Of a DNA stretch of 64,000 bases, positions 32,601 through 38,849 are shown piece by piece. A program made the translations under genes and the position numbers. How positions within the stretch are numbered: position 1 is the stretch's first letter; each line of letters starts with the position of its first letter. The notes under the pieces were generated by a model. It searched no databases and was not told where the DNA came from. It saw only the letters and a program-made list of their open reading frames with translations. The stretch comes from Candidatus Dojkabacteria bacterium (GTDB lineage: Bacteria > Patescibacteriota > Dojkabacteria > GCA-002793355), in NCBI GenBank assembly GCA_030583685.1, contig CP129470.1, forward strand, positions 340,345 to 404,344, read 5' to 3'.

Positions 32601-34750
32601 ACCCAAAGTTGCGCAGATTGCGCGACCGCATCCCAGCGCTCAATTTCAAAACTTAATTGAGTTACGCCGTCTGCTGCAGTAACTCGGATGTCCTGACCAT
32701 TTTCCCGTGCTTTACTAAAATCGAAGGTTGAGCTCGTCAGAGAAATAAGTACAGGAAAATCATTCATCGTAACTGCATCTACACCCAAATTCTCTACCGT
32801 ATTGGAAAACGTAATTTTCTTTCTATAATCCCACCCAAGGCTTAACCAAGGTGCTGTCGGATGACTTCCAGAGAAAAGAATTTCTTCAGGAGCTAGTGTT
32901 CCTAATCCGGGAGTTTCGATGTCATGAGAAGAGACCGGCACTACTGCTAAATTATGGGTAAACGGAATGATATTTCCATATAAATCTTGTGCAGTTACCG
33001 TATAGGTAAAGGGACTGTTAATGAGTGAAATGCTTGTGCTTGAAAGCACTTTGTATGAGTGAATATCACCAGGTACTGCACTAACAGTAAAAACGACGTT
33101 CATTGCAGGAGAATTACGTTGAACCCGCAACGTGTTATTGTTTACACCTGCAACAGTACCGACCGTCCAATCAGCAGTAACTTCACCCCATTTATCTGCG
33201 GTTAGCTGACCATTAATTACGGAACCACCGCCGGTTAGAACCGTCCACGAGTTCAATCCATAAAAAGGAACACCATAGCCTGCAGCATCAATGACTCTTG
33301 CCTTTGGTTTTGGAGTAACCGGCTGCCCAACAGTCGTTGAAACGTTGTTTCCTTCAACCGCAATAATCGCTGCGGCAGCACCTGCTATAGTAAAATCAGT
33401 GTCTTCTGCACCGTTACCCCCAAAAGGAACCCAAAGAGAGGCGATTCCCGCACTACTCACAACACGCGCCTGCCATTTGTACTCCTTACTTGTACTGAGC
33501 CCTGTGGTTACTTCAACAAATCCACAATATGTGGAAATTATTATATTGTTTTGTGCAGGAATACCTGTACACGTTTTATTCGACAATGCAGTAACCTGCG
33601 CATTTGTTGGGGAGTTGGTAAATTGCTGATTTTTTTCTCTCACTTCGATTTCAAGCTTGAGATTTTCGCCTGCTAAATCTGAAGCAAATGTCAGTGCTGT
33701 TTTTGTTGTAATCTCTCCGACATACATTTCTCGATCAACTCTTCCTGCTGTTGCGTTTCTCTCATAGAATTTGAGCACTGTCGGCTCTGCTGGCTTACAT
33801 CCCGGTCCAACAAGGCTTCCAATCTGACCGTTCTGGGAACCAGTTCCAAACGCAACACTCACGTTGCCACTGGGGAATGTCGTTGAAGTGGTACAAATTA
33901 AGGCAACTCTTCCACCACCACCACCACCACCGAAATAGCTAGCAGTCGTATCTGTGCCACCTCCTTTTGCGGAGACTTGTCCTGAACCTGCGAGTATAGC
34001 TGCTTCAACCCAAATTGAACCACCGGCTCCACCACCACCTGCTGTTTGGCCATCTCCACTTTTTACTCCACTTGCCCCGTCTGCCGATAATTTACCATCG
34101 ATGGTAACTGTTCCTGATGCTTGAATCTTGATTGCACCACCACCTGCTCCGCCAACTCCGCCTGTTCCAGAAGTACCACCAGCACCACCGAGAGTCAGTG
34201 GATAATCTCGAGATCCAAAAGAACTACCCGTTGCGCCGACAGTGTTTCCACCTCCACCAAGGGTGTTCCCGATACCACCTGCACCACCATGACCACCACC
34301 AGAACCACCTGAAAGCCCGGTAGAAACTCCTGCAGATCCACCATCTGTATTTCCAGAAACATACCCTTGTCCGTCTGCAATTACTTCACCGCCTGCGTCA
34401 ATAGTTATGTTGTTAACGAGAAGGACGACACCACCATCATTTGAAAAACTGCTATCTGCCGTGTGAAACTTCTTTAAAATCAGTCTCCCTGTCTCTGTTA
34501 CTGTAATATTTTGACCTGAACAGTCAATAATGTTGTCCTCTGAATCAGGCGTCAATTCAATAGTTGTCGATACTGTTGTCGGAATAGAACACGTTGCCGC
34601 TTGCAGCTGTCGCGGAGAATCTACCTGTCGTGCCAATGTCACAAACATCATAGAAAGGACGACAAAAAATCCTAATGTGATGCCATAAACTGCACCAATT
34701 GCCTGTAGATATTTTTGCCTTTCTTTCCAGGCCTTACGGGTTACTGTCAT
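23612..34750 (-). CDS. giant (3712 aa) signal-anchored surface protein with LamG/ConA-like domain, five ~350-aa Gly/Asn-rich beta-helix-type tandem repeats, Ig-like beta-sandwich region, and C-terminal polytopic anchor with carboxypeptidase-regulatory-like domains
   Basis: Single uninterrupted 11.1-kb ORF. N-terminal anchor 'AIGAVYGITLGFFVVLSMMFV'. LamG-like 'NGQLDEVRISNVARSAAWVAATY'. Repeats each ending '...GGGGSGGRIAVYMGxGNFPVxNPTNxHAYGGTHNQAGGPGTVYVEN'. C-terminus has at least 3 hydrophobic helices interleaved with 'GVVYDAVTKKLLSRVVVRLWD..TDANGIFKL' and 'EGKIVSGLEIGLYD...TNKNGKYNF' carboxypeptidase-regulatory-like beta-sandwiches. Confidence 0.8.
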   Translation of the reverse strand: MTVTRKAWKERQKYLQAIGAVYGITLGFFVVLSMMFVTLARQVDSPRQLQAATCSIPTTVSTTIELTPDSEDNIIDCSGQNITVTETGRLILKKFHTADSSFSNDGGVVLLVNNITIDAGGEVIADGQGYVSGNTDGGSAGVSTGLSGGSGGGHGGAGGIGNTLGGGGNTVGATGSSFGSRDYPLTLGGAGGTSGTGGVGGAGGGAIKIQASGTVTIDGKLSADGASGVKSGDGQTAGGGGAGGSIWVEAAILAGSGQVSAKGGGTDTTASYFGGGGGGGRVALICTTSTTFPSGNVSVAFGTGSQNGQIGSLVGPGCKPAEPTVLKFYERNATAGRVDREMYVGEITTKTALTFASDLAGENLKLEIEVREKNQQFTNSPTNAQVTALSNKTCTGIPAQNNIIISTYCGFVEVTTGLSTSKEYKWQARVVSSAGIASLWVPFGGNGAEDTDFTIAGAAAAIIAVEGNNVSTTVGQPVTPKPKARVIDAAGYGVPFYGLNSWTVLTGGGSVINGQLTADKWGEVTADWTVGTVAGVNNNTLRVQRNSPAMNVVFTVSAVPGDIHSYKVLSSTSISLINSPFTYTVTAQDLYGNIIPFTHNLAVVPVSSHDIETPGLGTLAPEEILFSGSHPTAPWLSLGWDYRKKITFSNTVENLGVDAVTMNDFPVLISLTSSTFDFSKARENGQDIRVTAADGVTQLSFEIERWDAVAQSAQLWVKVPQVTAESANGAVYVYYGNEAAQSAQNSAGTWNSNYRLVKHLNDSSGTTTKDSTSNAFNGTKVSATEPNATTGKIGEGQTFDGTNDFINIPHHANLSFGTADAQFTLEAWVKTTAQNGEIIAKTRPSSTTHMEYRLHMVNGKPAFYRYSNTNPVVADEFVGQATINDGNWHHVVFVNEGASSHKLYVNGVLDTTNTTTWTRNNTATQALNIGRHRNNTFGETYLNGQLDEVRISNVARSAAWVAATYKSQNNQFATVGEEEGQTETTRIYADPESGVVTIQNGSYTYTESIKIKVSDENGRVGYSNSILFVTATGSCPAIVIDINQTWRAIDVPGGVFDCRGLGPMKVDPNVTWTLTSYDNGDSNWSNDYGVTILSDSLNVQSTATITATAQGFQPSSRGPGGVGGGPGSSHGGYGGGSSPAPYGNLYEPITFGSSGRSRIYGPGGAGGGAVKFVTTGNLVVNGKIEANGGNGEGGGSGGSIWLDIGNQISGSGVIEANGGNSVSDLATPSGGRIAVYYESNDGFSFTPEKIRAFGGVNGWTATSVYGGAGTVYFENRGTDQTQSGVLMVDNRNNNVQSAGVTAGNYQLKEIRVTRHGHVEFMGDGSTLTISSAEGLQGDNTKPIIKVSGTLSYSGGGTLQVDGVDLGINGRALGISDVQIGGTYAAGMSFYGQTWYHNPNNPYELGNVLVKNNGTVTMNSYQNADTVWTNDYGPSVHFENLEVESGGVITATGFGYPRGLGAGHSFTYNGGAHGGYGADAFGAGLSALPNGSVYEPVSLGSSGSSNGGGAMKIVVAGTFTHNGKIETNGIVGSQINLTQQGGGGAGGSIYVQAGVLNGSGVMEANGGNGAGINQGGGGSGGRIAVYMGSGNFPVGNPTNMHAYGGTHNQAGGPGTVYVENTTTDMERAGRLFVDNRGNNTKYAGVPAGDYSFAEIQTTAYGHVEFLGDASILTITSGAGMQGDNTKPVIKVSGTLSYTGGTTLQVDGVDLGINGRALGLTDVQIGGTNAAGMSFYGQTWWHNQNVPYELGDVIVKSNGTMTMNPHDNGDTDWNNDYGPKVQFTNLEVESGGLITATGFGYQVGQGAGFSFNYNGGSYGGYGADAFGEGKAALPYGSVYEPTHLGSSGSNRGGGALSLFVSGTFTHNGKIEANGLVGGQINLTQQGGGGAGGSIYVRAGTLNGTGVMEANGGNGAGINQGGGGSGGRIAVYMGGGNYPVTNPTNIHAYGGTHNQAGGPGTIYVENTSSDAALGGMLLVDNRNNNTMSAGVPTGEYSFTQIKTTRYGHVEFLGDDSVLTITSGAGLNGDNTKPVIKVSGTLAYTGEEVLHIDGVDLGLNGKAEGLQDIQIGGSNAAGMSFYGQTWWYNQERQYELRNVVVKNNGTVTMNSYNNGDNNWANDFGPTVQFENLEVENGGVITATGQGYPVGQGAGFSYNYNGGAYGGYGADAFGEGKSAVPHGSVYEPSSLGSPGSNVGGGALTLIVSGTFTHNGKIETNGLAGVQINLTQSGGGGSGGSIYVRAGTLNGTGIMEANGGNGAGINHGGGGSGGRIAVYMGGGNFPVTNPSNVHAYGGTHNQVGGPGTVYVENTATDEEQGGMLLVDNRGNNSMSAGLPQDQYQFKQIRATGYGHLEVIGENSVLTITSGAGMTGDNTKPVLKVSGVLSYTAGELLYIDGVDLGINGRAIGLADIEIGGTNAGGLTLYGKTWWYDDTVSYQFANVTVKSNGTITMNSYNNGDGNWNNDYGPTAQFQNLTIENGGVITATGTGYATEQGHGYSIRAKGGSYGGYGAGYGSGDPAPGYGSFFEPKHLGSGGSNSGGGAMSLLVSEVFTNNGKVEANGLNGVQIGLIDHGGGGSGGSIYVETSILNGTGIFEANGGNGSGINQGGGGGGGRIALYMTEGNFPAESATNAHAYGGTVNTSGGPGTVYVAVVSENPHNQGSLYIRNDDRAGRSATIPAGMYLLNTVHIGKNVTVWTATNPSESYYDYAGNLVQGRGVLFDLKGNFTLEEGAFILGIGAGFGSDQGPGKGSVGTGYSGGGGGANGGDGGAGQSDGANIPAAGGLKFGDQLQPLTLGAGGGTSGAGAQGGAGGGAFGVIARGYLNDDDEFVEGNVVIAGSINMSGAEGKVSSPGGGGGAGGSILVHGNTCTISGNLLAQGGAGGNSDIDGGSGGGGRVSILYNIGPCEVTGTVSVQEGVPADMLNYGAQVGQVGTFPPEPNSVPWPSLYREQFELREVGSSIPGGPLPRFASAERMAQGDVQNVVESVIPVGGVINGTTVTLKADAYDAGARSFSPKRLKIQVELKKTNQSFTGTTNIYESNTVNFTGGPPVVLSVTASNLEMGASYKWRVRTLNVDTGLASEWQDYGGNGANDADFTITTVATLELSLDKTSMELTDTVSLTVTAKNTFGEVDTSYRGTVTFSSSSSLAILPENYTFTSEDSGVKSFPEAGKFFESGTFSITVADVVNPVLIDSKNITIISPTTPFITLSASSTSVSLGQSVTLYWQSGQLNNLVLNNGIGSVATAGLRQVTPPIGETTYTISGQLEGGGTLTASVVVTVSSQVAPPPTVSEVFFPSGVVTPSVTRFVRPRPTTVDLSCPIIESFIISNRIIKRGEPISLSWKVSNADRVSIDALSGSLPLAGAASLLPTESYDITLFASKDGCKRTQVRRVEVVNTYPWEGAGALLIGLIALETVALQIGAAQGNLWFALLGFIDRRKRRKPWGVVYDAVTKKLLSRVVVRLWDAQKGTLVDTVVTDANGIFKLTPKVGKYVLKVSLSGYSFPSKLVKGKEDTGYSQVYTGEVIEIKSEEDVIMVSIPLDPLKKAGSVSTRQKVIAAIESFVAILSPVMLFAGFLYSVVVTVMYPVTFNFVIVGLYGVTFVAKALVYLAQPKIFGQVLTLEGKIVSGLEIGLYDKEFKNLVARTFTNKNGKYNFVVANQSYTLQVMDSGYKILGKHISSEGLVIPKDTRKSSVRIIAESLTVYPVQKLEKLKK
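26700..31100 (-). repeat. about 5 tandem copies of a ~1.04-kb (~347-aa) coding repeat inside the 3712-aa gene (bounds approximate)
   Basis: At DNA level 'cc(a/t)cc..ccttg(a/g)ttaattcc(t/c)g(c/a)(a/t)cc(a/g)tt(t/c)cc(a/t)ccatt(t/c)gcttc' recurs at about 26935, 27965, 29000 and 30040, with a diverged copy near 31160. At protein level five 'GSIYV..G.LNG(S/T)G..EANGGNG.GIN.GGGG.GGRIA.Y' units. Confidence 0.7.
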
Positions 34751-35660
34751 GGGATGGGGGCATCATCTTATTTTTTCTCACCTGTTTAAAACACAGATAC
34801 CCTACCAACACAATTGCTAAAAAGGCAATTGCTTTTATGGCAAGATAAAAGTCTGAAAGATTTCCAAAAGTAAGTGCTAATAATTTTTGAGTGATCACTG
34901 CTAACACAAGGATATATGCCCATCCAACATACAACCCCGAAGAAACTTTACCGGCGAGAGTCAGGTTTTTGGTCACATCTCTTGTCATCAGAGCTAGGAA
35001 CAAACCAACGGTTGCAGCAAACAAAACATGAAGGAGCATCCCAAATAACAACCCGAGCAAAAAGACAAGGGGAATTAGAGCAAGACTCCATACGAGAACC
35101 CTATTTGACTCAGTCATCTGCATAAACTTATCGTAGATTTCACCTTTGGTGACCGTTACTTCATCAGACGAAACAAATTTTGAGTACGGAATTTTCTTCG
35201 TCCATGTACCTTTTTTCACATACACATACTCTTTCATAAAACCAATACCATCAATTTTTTTGACGACGCCTTTTTCTACTCGATCATCCCAAAAGAATTT
35301 ATTCATTGACCCCAAAGAGTCGACAGCGATTAGTTTTTGTTTTGTTGGTTCATTATAAAAAGAAAAATACCAGATAGCAGGTTTAATATCGATTTCCATC
35401 TGCCCCTCTTGTATCTTTACTTCATTAAACAGTGCGTTTGTAATGACCTGAGTACCTGTTTCACGTACCTCTTTGACTCCAGGAATAACAAAAAGCCCGA
35501 CGCACACTACATACAGTATTACTGCCCAAAGTGCTTGCATCAAACCGAACTTGAACACATATTTCTTGTGGAATTTCTGGTCTTTCTCTTGCAGGTACTC
35601 GAGCGCTGAACAGTTCAGTACAGCGGGGGTAAGCAGTGTAATATTTTTCATTGGTTGCAT
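34734..35660 (-). CDS. hypothetical polytopic membrane protein, stop overlaps the giant-protein start by 17 nt
   Basis: 308-aa ORF. N-terminal helix 'LMQALWAVILYVVCVGLFVIPGV', a central soluble segment, then at least 3 C-terminal helices 'LVWSLALIPLVFLLGLLFGMLLHVLFAATVGLFLALM...'. The overlap implies co-transcription and translational coupling with the giant gene. Confidence 0.55.
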   Translation of the reverse strand: MQPMKNITLLTPAVLNCSALEYLQEKDQKFHKKYVFKFGLMQALWAVILYVVCVGLFVIPGVKEVRETGTQVITNALFNEVKIQEGQMEIDIKPAIWYFSFYNEPTKQKLIAVDSLGSMNKFFWDDRVEKGVVKKIDGIGFMKEYVYVKKGTWTKKIPYSKFVSSDEVTVTKGEIYDKFMQMTESNRVLVWSLALIPLVFLLGLLFGMLLHVLFAATVGLFLALMTRDVTKNLTLAGKVSSGLYVGWAYILVLAVITQKLLALTFGNLSDFYLAIKAIAFLAIVLVGYLCFKQVRKNKMMPPSHDSNP

Positions 35661-35762
35661 CTCTCGAAATCAGTATAACAACAAGCAAGGTTTGGCGCAA
35701 GTGTTAGCAATCAGCACTCACCCTGCTAGCATGAAACATCAAAATTTCGGAGTAATTCTCCG

Positions 35763-36392
35763 CTATAAGGAAGATCTTCCTTTGATTGCTTCCTGAAGTG
35801 TGTATGTGTCAACATAGTCAATATCTGTTCCAACCGAAATTCCTACAGCAACACGAGACAAATCTACTTGATTTCCATACTCACGCAACAACTCTTCCTT
35901 CACATACAAGGCCGTTGTCTGCCCCTCCGTTGTCGGGCTTAATGCGAAAATAATTTCGAGTTTGCTTCCGCCACGTTGTTTCTTAATCAATTGGTGAACA
36001 CGCTTTAACATCCCTTCTATTGCCAAGTCTGATGGTCCATGTCCTTTTACTGGCGACAGAAGTCCCCCAAGAACAAAATATCTTCCTTTATATCCAGCTG
36101 TCCTTTCTATTGCGTAAACATCCATATGATCCGCAACAATACACAGTGTCGTGTCTTCTCTCCCTGGATCACCACATAGTTCACAAGGATTTGTATCAGA
36201 AAGCATTTTACAAAAATCACAAGTGGTCACATTTTTTTTCAAACCTTGAAATGCTTCACCAAGAAAATTCAGTCTTTCTTCTGGCAAGGTAAACAAAAAA
36301 TATGCAATTCTTCTCGCAGATTTTGGGCCAATACCCGGTAATCGTTGTAATTCGAGGGTTAATGTTTTTAGTGATTTTGGAATAACACCCAC
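35763..36392 (-). CDS. recR: recombination protein RecR
   Basis: HhH 'LPGIGPKSARRIAYFL'. C4 zinc finger 'CDFCKMLSDTNPCELC'. Toprim 'TLCIVADHMDVYAIERTAGYKGRYFVLGGLLSPVKG'. Confidence 0.9.
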   Translation of the reverse strand: MGVIPKSLKTLTLELQRLPGIGPKSARRIAYFLFTLPEERLNFLGEAFQGLKKNVTTCDFCKMLSDTNPCELCGDPGREDTTLCIVADHMDVYAIERTAGYKGRYFVLGGLLSPVKGHGPSDLAIEGMLKRVHQLIKKQRGGSKLEIIFALSPTTEGQTTALYVKEELLREYGNQVDLSRVAVGISVGTDIDYVDTYTLQEAIKGRSSL

Positions 36393-36492
36393 GAATAAAG
36401 AGGCTAAAGGTTTGGAGATTAAAGATTTACAAGAATAGACAATTCTTTGAACAGCGTAAACCTGTAACCTTTGACCATAAACCTATAATAAT

Positions 36493-36795
36493 TTACATAC
36501 CGAGAAGTTTCTTCATCTCTTCGAGATTCATACCTTTCATCAATTCTTTTTGAAGTTTTTGCTGTGCATCTTTATATGCTTCCATGATACTCGACTTCAA
36601 ATCACGTGCTTTATCGGGCGAAAGTAATGATTCATCGATAGTAATATTGACTAACTCTTGTAACCCATTCAGATGAATCTTGACTAAATGGTTTCTTGAT
36701 TCACCGAATACTTCAATTGCTTTCATTTTGCTCTGTTGAGCCTTGGCTTGCTTAACGGTTTCAGCCATTTTACCGAATTTTCCTAGTCCAAACAT
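36493..36795 (-). CDS. ybaB: nucleoid-associated protein YbaB/EbfC
   Basis: 'MFGLGKFGKMAETVKQAKAQQSKMKAIEVFGESRNHLVKIHLNG..' matches the YbaB family architecture. It lies immediately upstream of recR, the classical pairing. Confidence 0.85.
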   Translation of the reverse strand: MFGLGKFGKMAETVKQAKAQQSKMKAIEVFGESRNHLVKIHLNGLQELVNITIDESLLSPDKARDLKSSIMEAYKDAQQKLQKELMKGMNLEEMKKLLGM

Positions 36796-36831
36796 GCAGT
36801 CATTGTATCAGATTCGTGCTAAAATACAACC

Positions 36832-37161
36832 ATGACAAAGCAAGGTGTACGACAAGAAATGTCACAAAAAATACTGCAAGACCACAAGTCCCTCTCAATT
36901 GGAAAAGTGACACTTCTTTTTCGTCAGTCCACGATTTCACAAAAAAAACCAATCGTCATCATTAGTATTTCAAAAAAAGTTGTACCACTCGCTGTCTCAA
37001 GAAATTATATAAAGCGAGTTCTTCGGCAAATTCTTCGAGAATCGCTGCCTGTAACCACGTACCAAACGCATAATTGGATGTGGATCGTAAAAGAACCAAC
37101 ACTCACACCCGAGTTGCGAAAAAGTATAAACTCAACATTGCAACACGCATTTTCCACATGA
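36832..37161 (+). CDS. rnpA: RNase P protein component
   Basis: Basic ~110-aa protein with the RNR motif region '[17 protein letters not shown]'. Conserved position immediately upstream of yidD-yidC. The exact start is uncertain. Confidence 0.7.
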   Translation: MTKQGVRQEMSQKILQDHKSLSIGKVTLLFRQSTISQKKPIVIISISKKVVPLAVSRNYIKRVLRQILRESLPVTTYQTHNWMWIVKEPTLTPELRKSINSTLQHAFST

Positions 37162-37382
37162 AAAAAGTGTCAACCTGGCTTATCACTCTCTATCAAAAGA
37201 CGCTGTCGCCCGATCATGGACCAAACCACCGAGCAACATGCAGGTTTATTCCAACCTGTTCAGAATATGGCAAAGAAGCAATCGAGAAACACGGTTTTAA
37301 GGGATATTTACTGACCTTTTGGAGAATACTTCGCTGCAACCCATTGGTCACCAAAGCAGGAACGATTGATTCTGTTCCCTAA
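37158..37382 (+). CDS. yidD: membrane protein insertion efficiency factor YidD
   Basis: '[74 protein letters not shown]' carries the YidD signature 'CRF.PTCSEY..EA..KHG' and 'RLLRCHP'-like region. The ATG at 37158 overlaps the rnpA TGA (ATGA). Confidence 0.8.
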   Translation: MKKVSTWLITLYQKTLSPDHGPNHRATCRFIPTCSEYGKEAIEKHGFKGYLLTFWRILRCNPLVTKAGTIDSVP

Positions 37383-37480
37383 CGCTTTGGAAAAAAATTC
37401 AGCGGGGCAGTGCCGAATGAGTCATCCTAACATATACAAAATTTCTGTCAAGATTCTTTGACAGTCTACTTCTTCATCGT

Positions 37481-38626
37481 TTGCTAAATATCACAAAAAC
37501 CTTTACAATACGGCTTATGCTTGGAACAATTTGGGAAACACTCTTATACGGGCCAATTCACAACCTTTTGACCTATCTGTATGTGGTCACGGGAAGTATT
37601 GGAATCAGCACCTTTATCTTGATTATCATCATTAGACTTTTTATGTGGCCGATGGTCGCAAAGCAATACCGCGACACCAAGAAAATTCGTTCCATCCAAC
37701 CAAAATTAGACGAGATCAAAGAGAAGTACAAAAATAATCCAACGGAACTTGCGAAAGCGCAACAGGCTGTCTATAAAGATGCGAACTATAATCCCCTTGG
37801 ATGTGTCACCAATTTGCTGATTCAATTCCCAATTCTTATCGCACTCTACCAATCAGTTCTTGCATTTACAAAAGAAGGAGTCACACCCGCAAATATGACA
37901 GGACTTTACCCCTTCGTGCAGGAAAAGCTTCTTGCAACAGGTCAAACGGCATTTGCAACCGATCTCTTTGGAATCACGCTTATTTCTTCGCCGGGAAGTG
38001 CATTGTCAGGAGGTATTTTTACCGTTTCAGCTATTCCCTATCTGATACTTCTCTTACTTCTTGGACTTTCCAACCTTCTCCCAACACTTGTTTCTATGAA
38101 AATCATGAATACACAAGTCCCTAAGTTGAAGAAAAAAGGAGCCGAGAAAACTGATGCCGAAGCAATGCAGGAAGCATTCACTTCCTCGTTAAATACTTCT
38201 ACGCTCTATGTCATGCCAATTATGATTACCTTAACACTTATTCCCTTACCAAGTATTATTGCGGTTTATATGGTCGCACAAAATCTCATCTCGACCACAC
38301 AACAATTATTGGTTAAGTTTGTCCATGACATCGGTTTAAAAAAGAAACTTATTCCTATTCTCATTCAAAAGTACTCCTTCCAACCTCACGTTGCCGAAGA
38401 AACTGCAGCGAAGCTCATCAAGGTATCTCCCGCTATTAACTTCTTGGTTGACGAACTGGGCAATGCGGGAAAAATCGATACCACCTCAGTAAAGATTCAT
38501 GATATTACATTTGAAAAAGTATTACAGAAAGTAAAGAATGATACAGTAAAAGCGCTGTTTATCTTCGACAAAATGGCAAGAAAACCTGCCGAGGCAGAAC
38601 AGATACTCAAAGACTCTGGAAAGTAG
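37481..38626 (+). CDS. yidC: membrane protein insertase YidC/Oxa1 family (short form)
   Basis: Five-TM core with 'GISTFILIIIIRLFMWPMVAKQYRDTKKIRSIQPKLDEIKEKYKNNP' and amphipathic hairpin 'AVYKDANYNPLGCVTNLLIQFPILIALYQSV'. Confidence 0.85.
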   Translation: MLNITKTFTIRLMLGTIWETLLYGPIHNLLTYLYVVTGSIGISTFILIIIIRLFMWPMVAKQYRDTKKIRSIQPKLDEIKEKYKNNPTELAKAQQAVYKDANYNPLGCVTNLLIQFPILIALYQSVLAFTKEGVTPANMTGLYPFVQEKLLATGQTAFATDLFGITLISSPGSALSGGIFTVSAIPYLILLLLLGLSNLLPTLVSMKIMNTQVPKLKKKGAEKTDAEAMQEAFTSSLNTSTLYVMPIMITLTLIPLPSIIAVYMVAQNLISTTQQLLVKFVHDIGLKKKLIPILIQKYSFQPHVAEETAAKLIKVSPAINFLVDELGNAGKIDTTSVKIHDITFEKVLQKVKNDTVKALFIFDKMARKPAEAEQILKDSGK

Positions 38627-38679
38627 TTCCCTCTCTTTTTTCAGCACTGCGAGGAAGAGAACAGGTGGGCAATAAAAAA

Positions 38680-38795
38680 GCTTGGCGACGACCTATTTTC
38701 CCAGGAGAAAAATCCAAGTATCTTCGGCGCTGGGGTGTTTCACTTCCGAGTTCGGAAAGGGATCGGGTGGGTCCACTCCGCTCTTGTCACCAAGC
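38680..38795 (-). rRNA. rrf: 5S ribosomal RNA (116 nt), unlinked from the 16S-23S unit
   Basis: Reverse complement GCTTGGTGACAAGAGCGGAGTGGACCCACCCGATCCCTTTCCGAACTCGGAAGTGAAACACCCCAGCGCCGAAGATACTTGGATTTTTCTCCTGGGAAAATAGGTCGTCGCCAAGC. Terminal helix GCTTGGTGAC/GTCGCCAAGC. Loop-C/helix-III block 'CCGAACTCGGAAGTGAAAC' and loop-E region 'AGCGCCGAAGATA' align with the E. coli 5S positions. Confidence 0.8.
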
Positions 38796-38800
38796 ACAGA

Positions 38801-38829
38801 ATTATAACACGCAGATTGTTACTTGGCAA
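38801..38829 (-). promoter_or_regulatory. sigma70-type promoter for the 5S gene (TTGCCA-17 nt-TATAAT, 6 nt before the 5S 5' end)
   Basis: Minus-strand read 'TTGCCAagtaacaatctgcgtgtTATAATtctgtgGCTTGG...'. The hexamers lie at complement(38824..38829) and complement(38801..38806). Confidence 0.45.
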
Positions 38830-38849
38830 TATCACGGTATAATAAGTAT

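Noticed and set aside
23906-34380. Dozens of 60-140-aa ORFs antisense to, or frame-shifted within, the 3712-aa gene, with a similar set inside 49262..61082 in the 4043-aa gene.
   Set aside because: These are compositional artefacts. The GGN/AAY-rich sense codons produce stop-poor Pro/Thr/Cys/His-rich frames on the other strand. There are no motifs, and the long sense ORF is clearly the real one.
23612-34750. Possibility that the giant proteins are diversity-generating retroelement (DGR) targets.
   Set aside because: There is no reverse-transcriptase ORF (no YxDD-containing protein) anywhere in the window. I could not see a template/variable repeat pair with adenine-specific differences, and the C-termini are membrane anchors rather than C-type-lectin variable regions. 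A full-contig RT search would be needed to exclude this completely.
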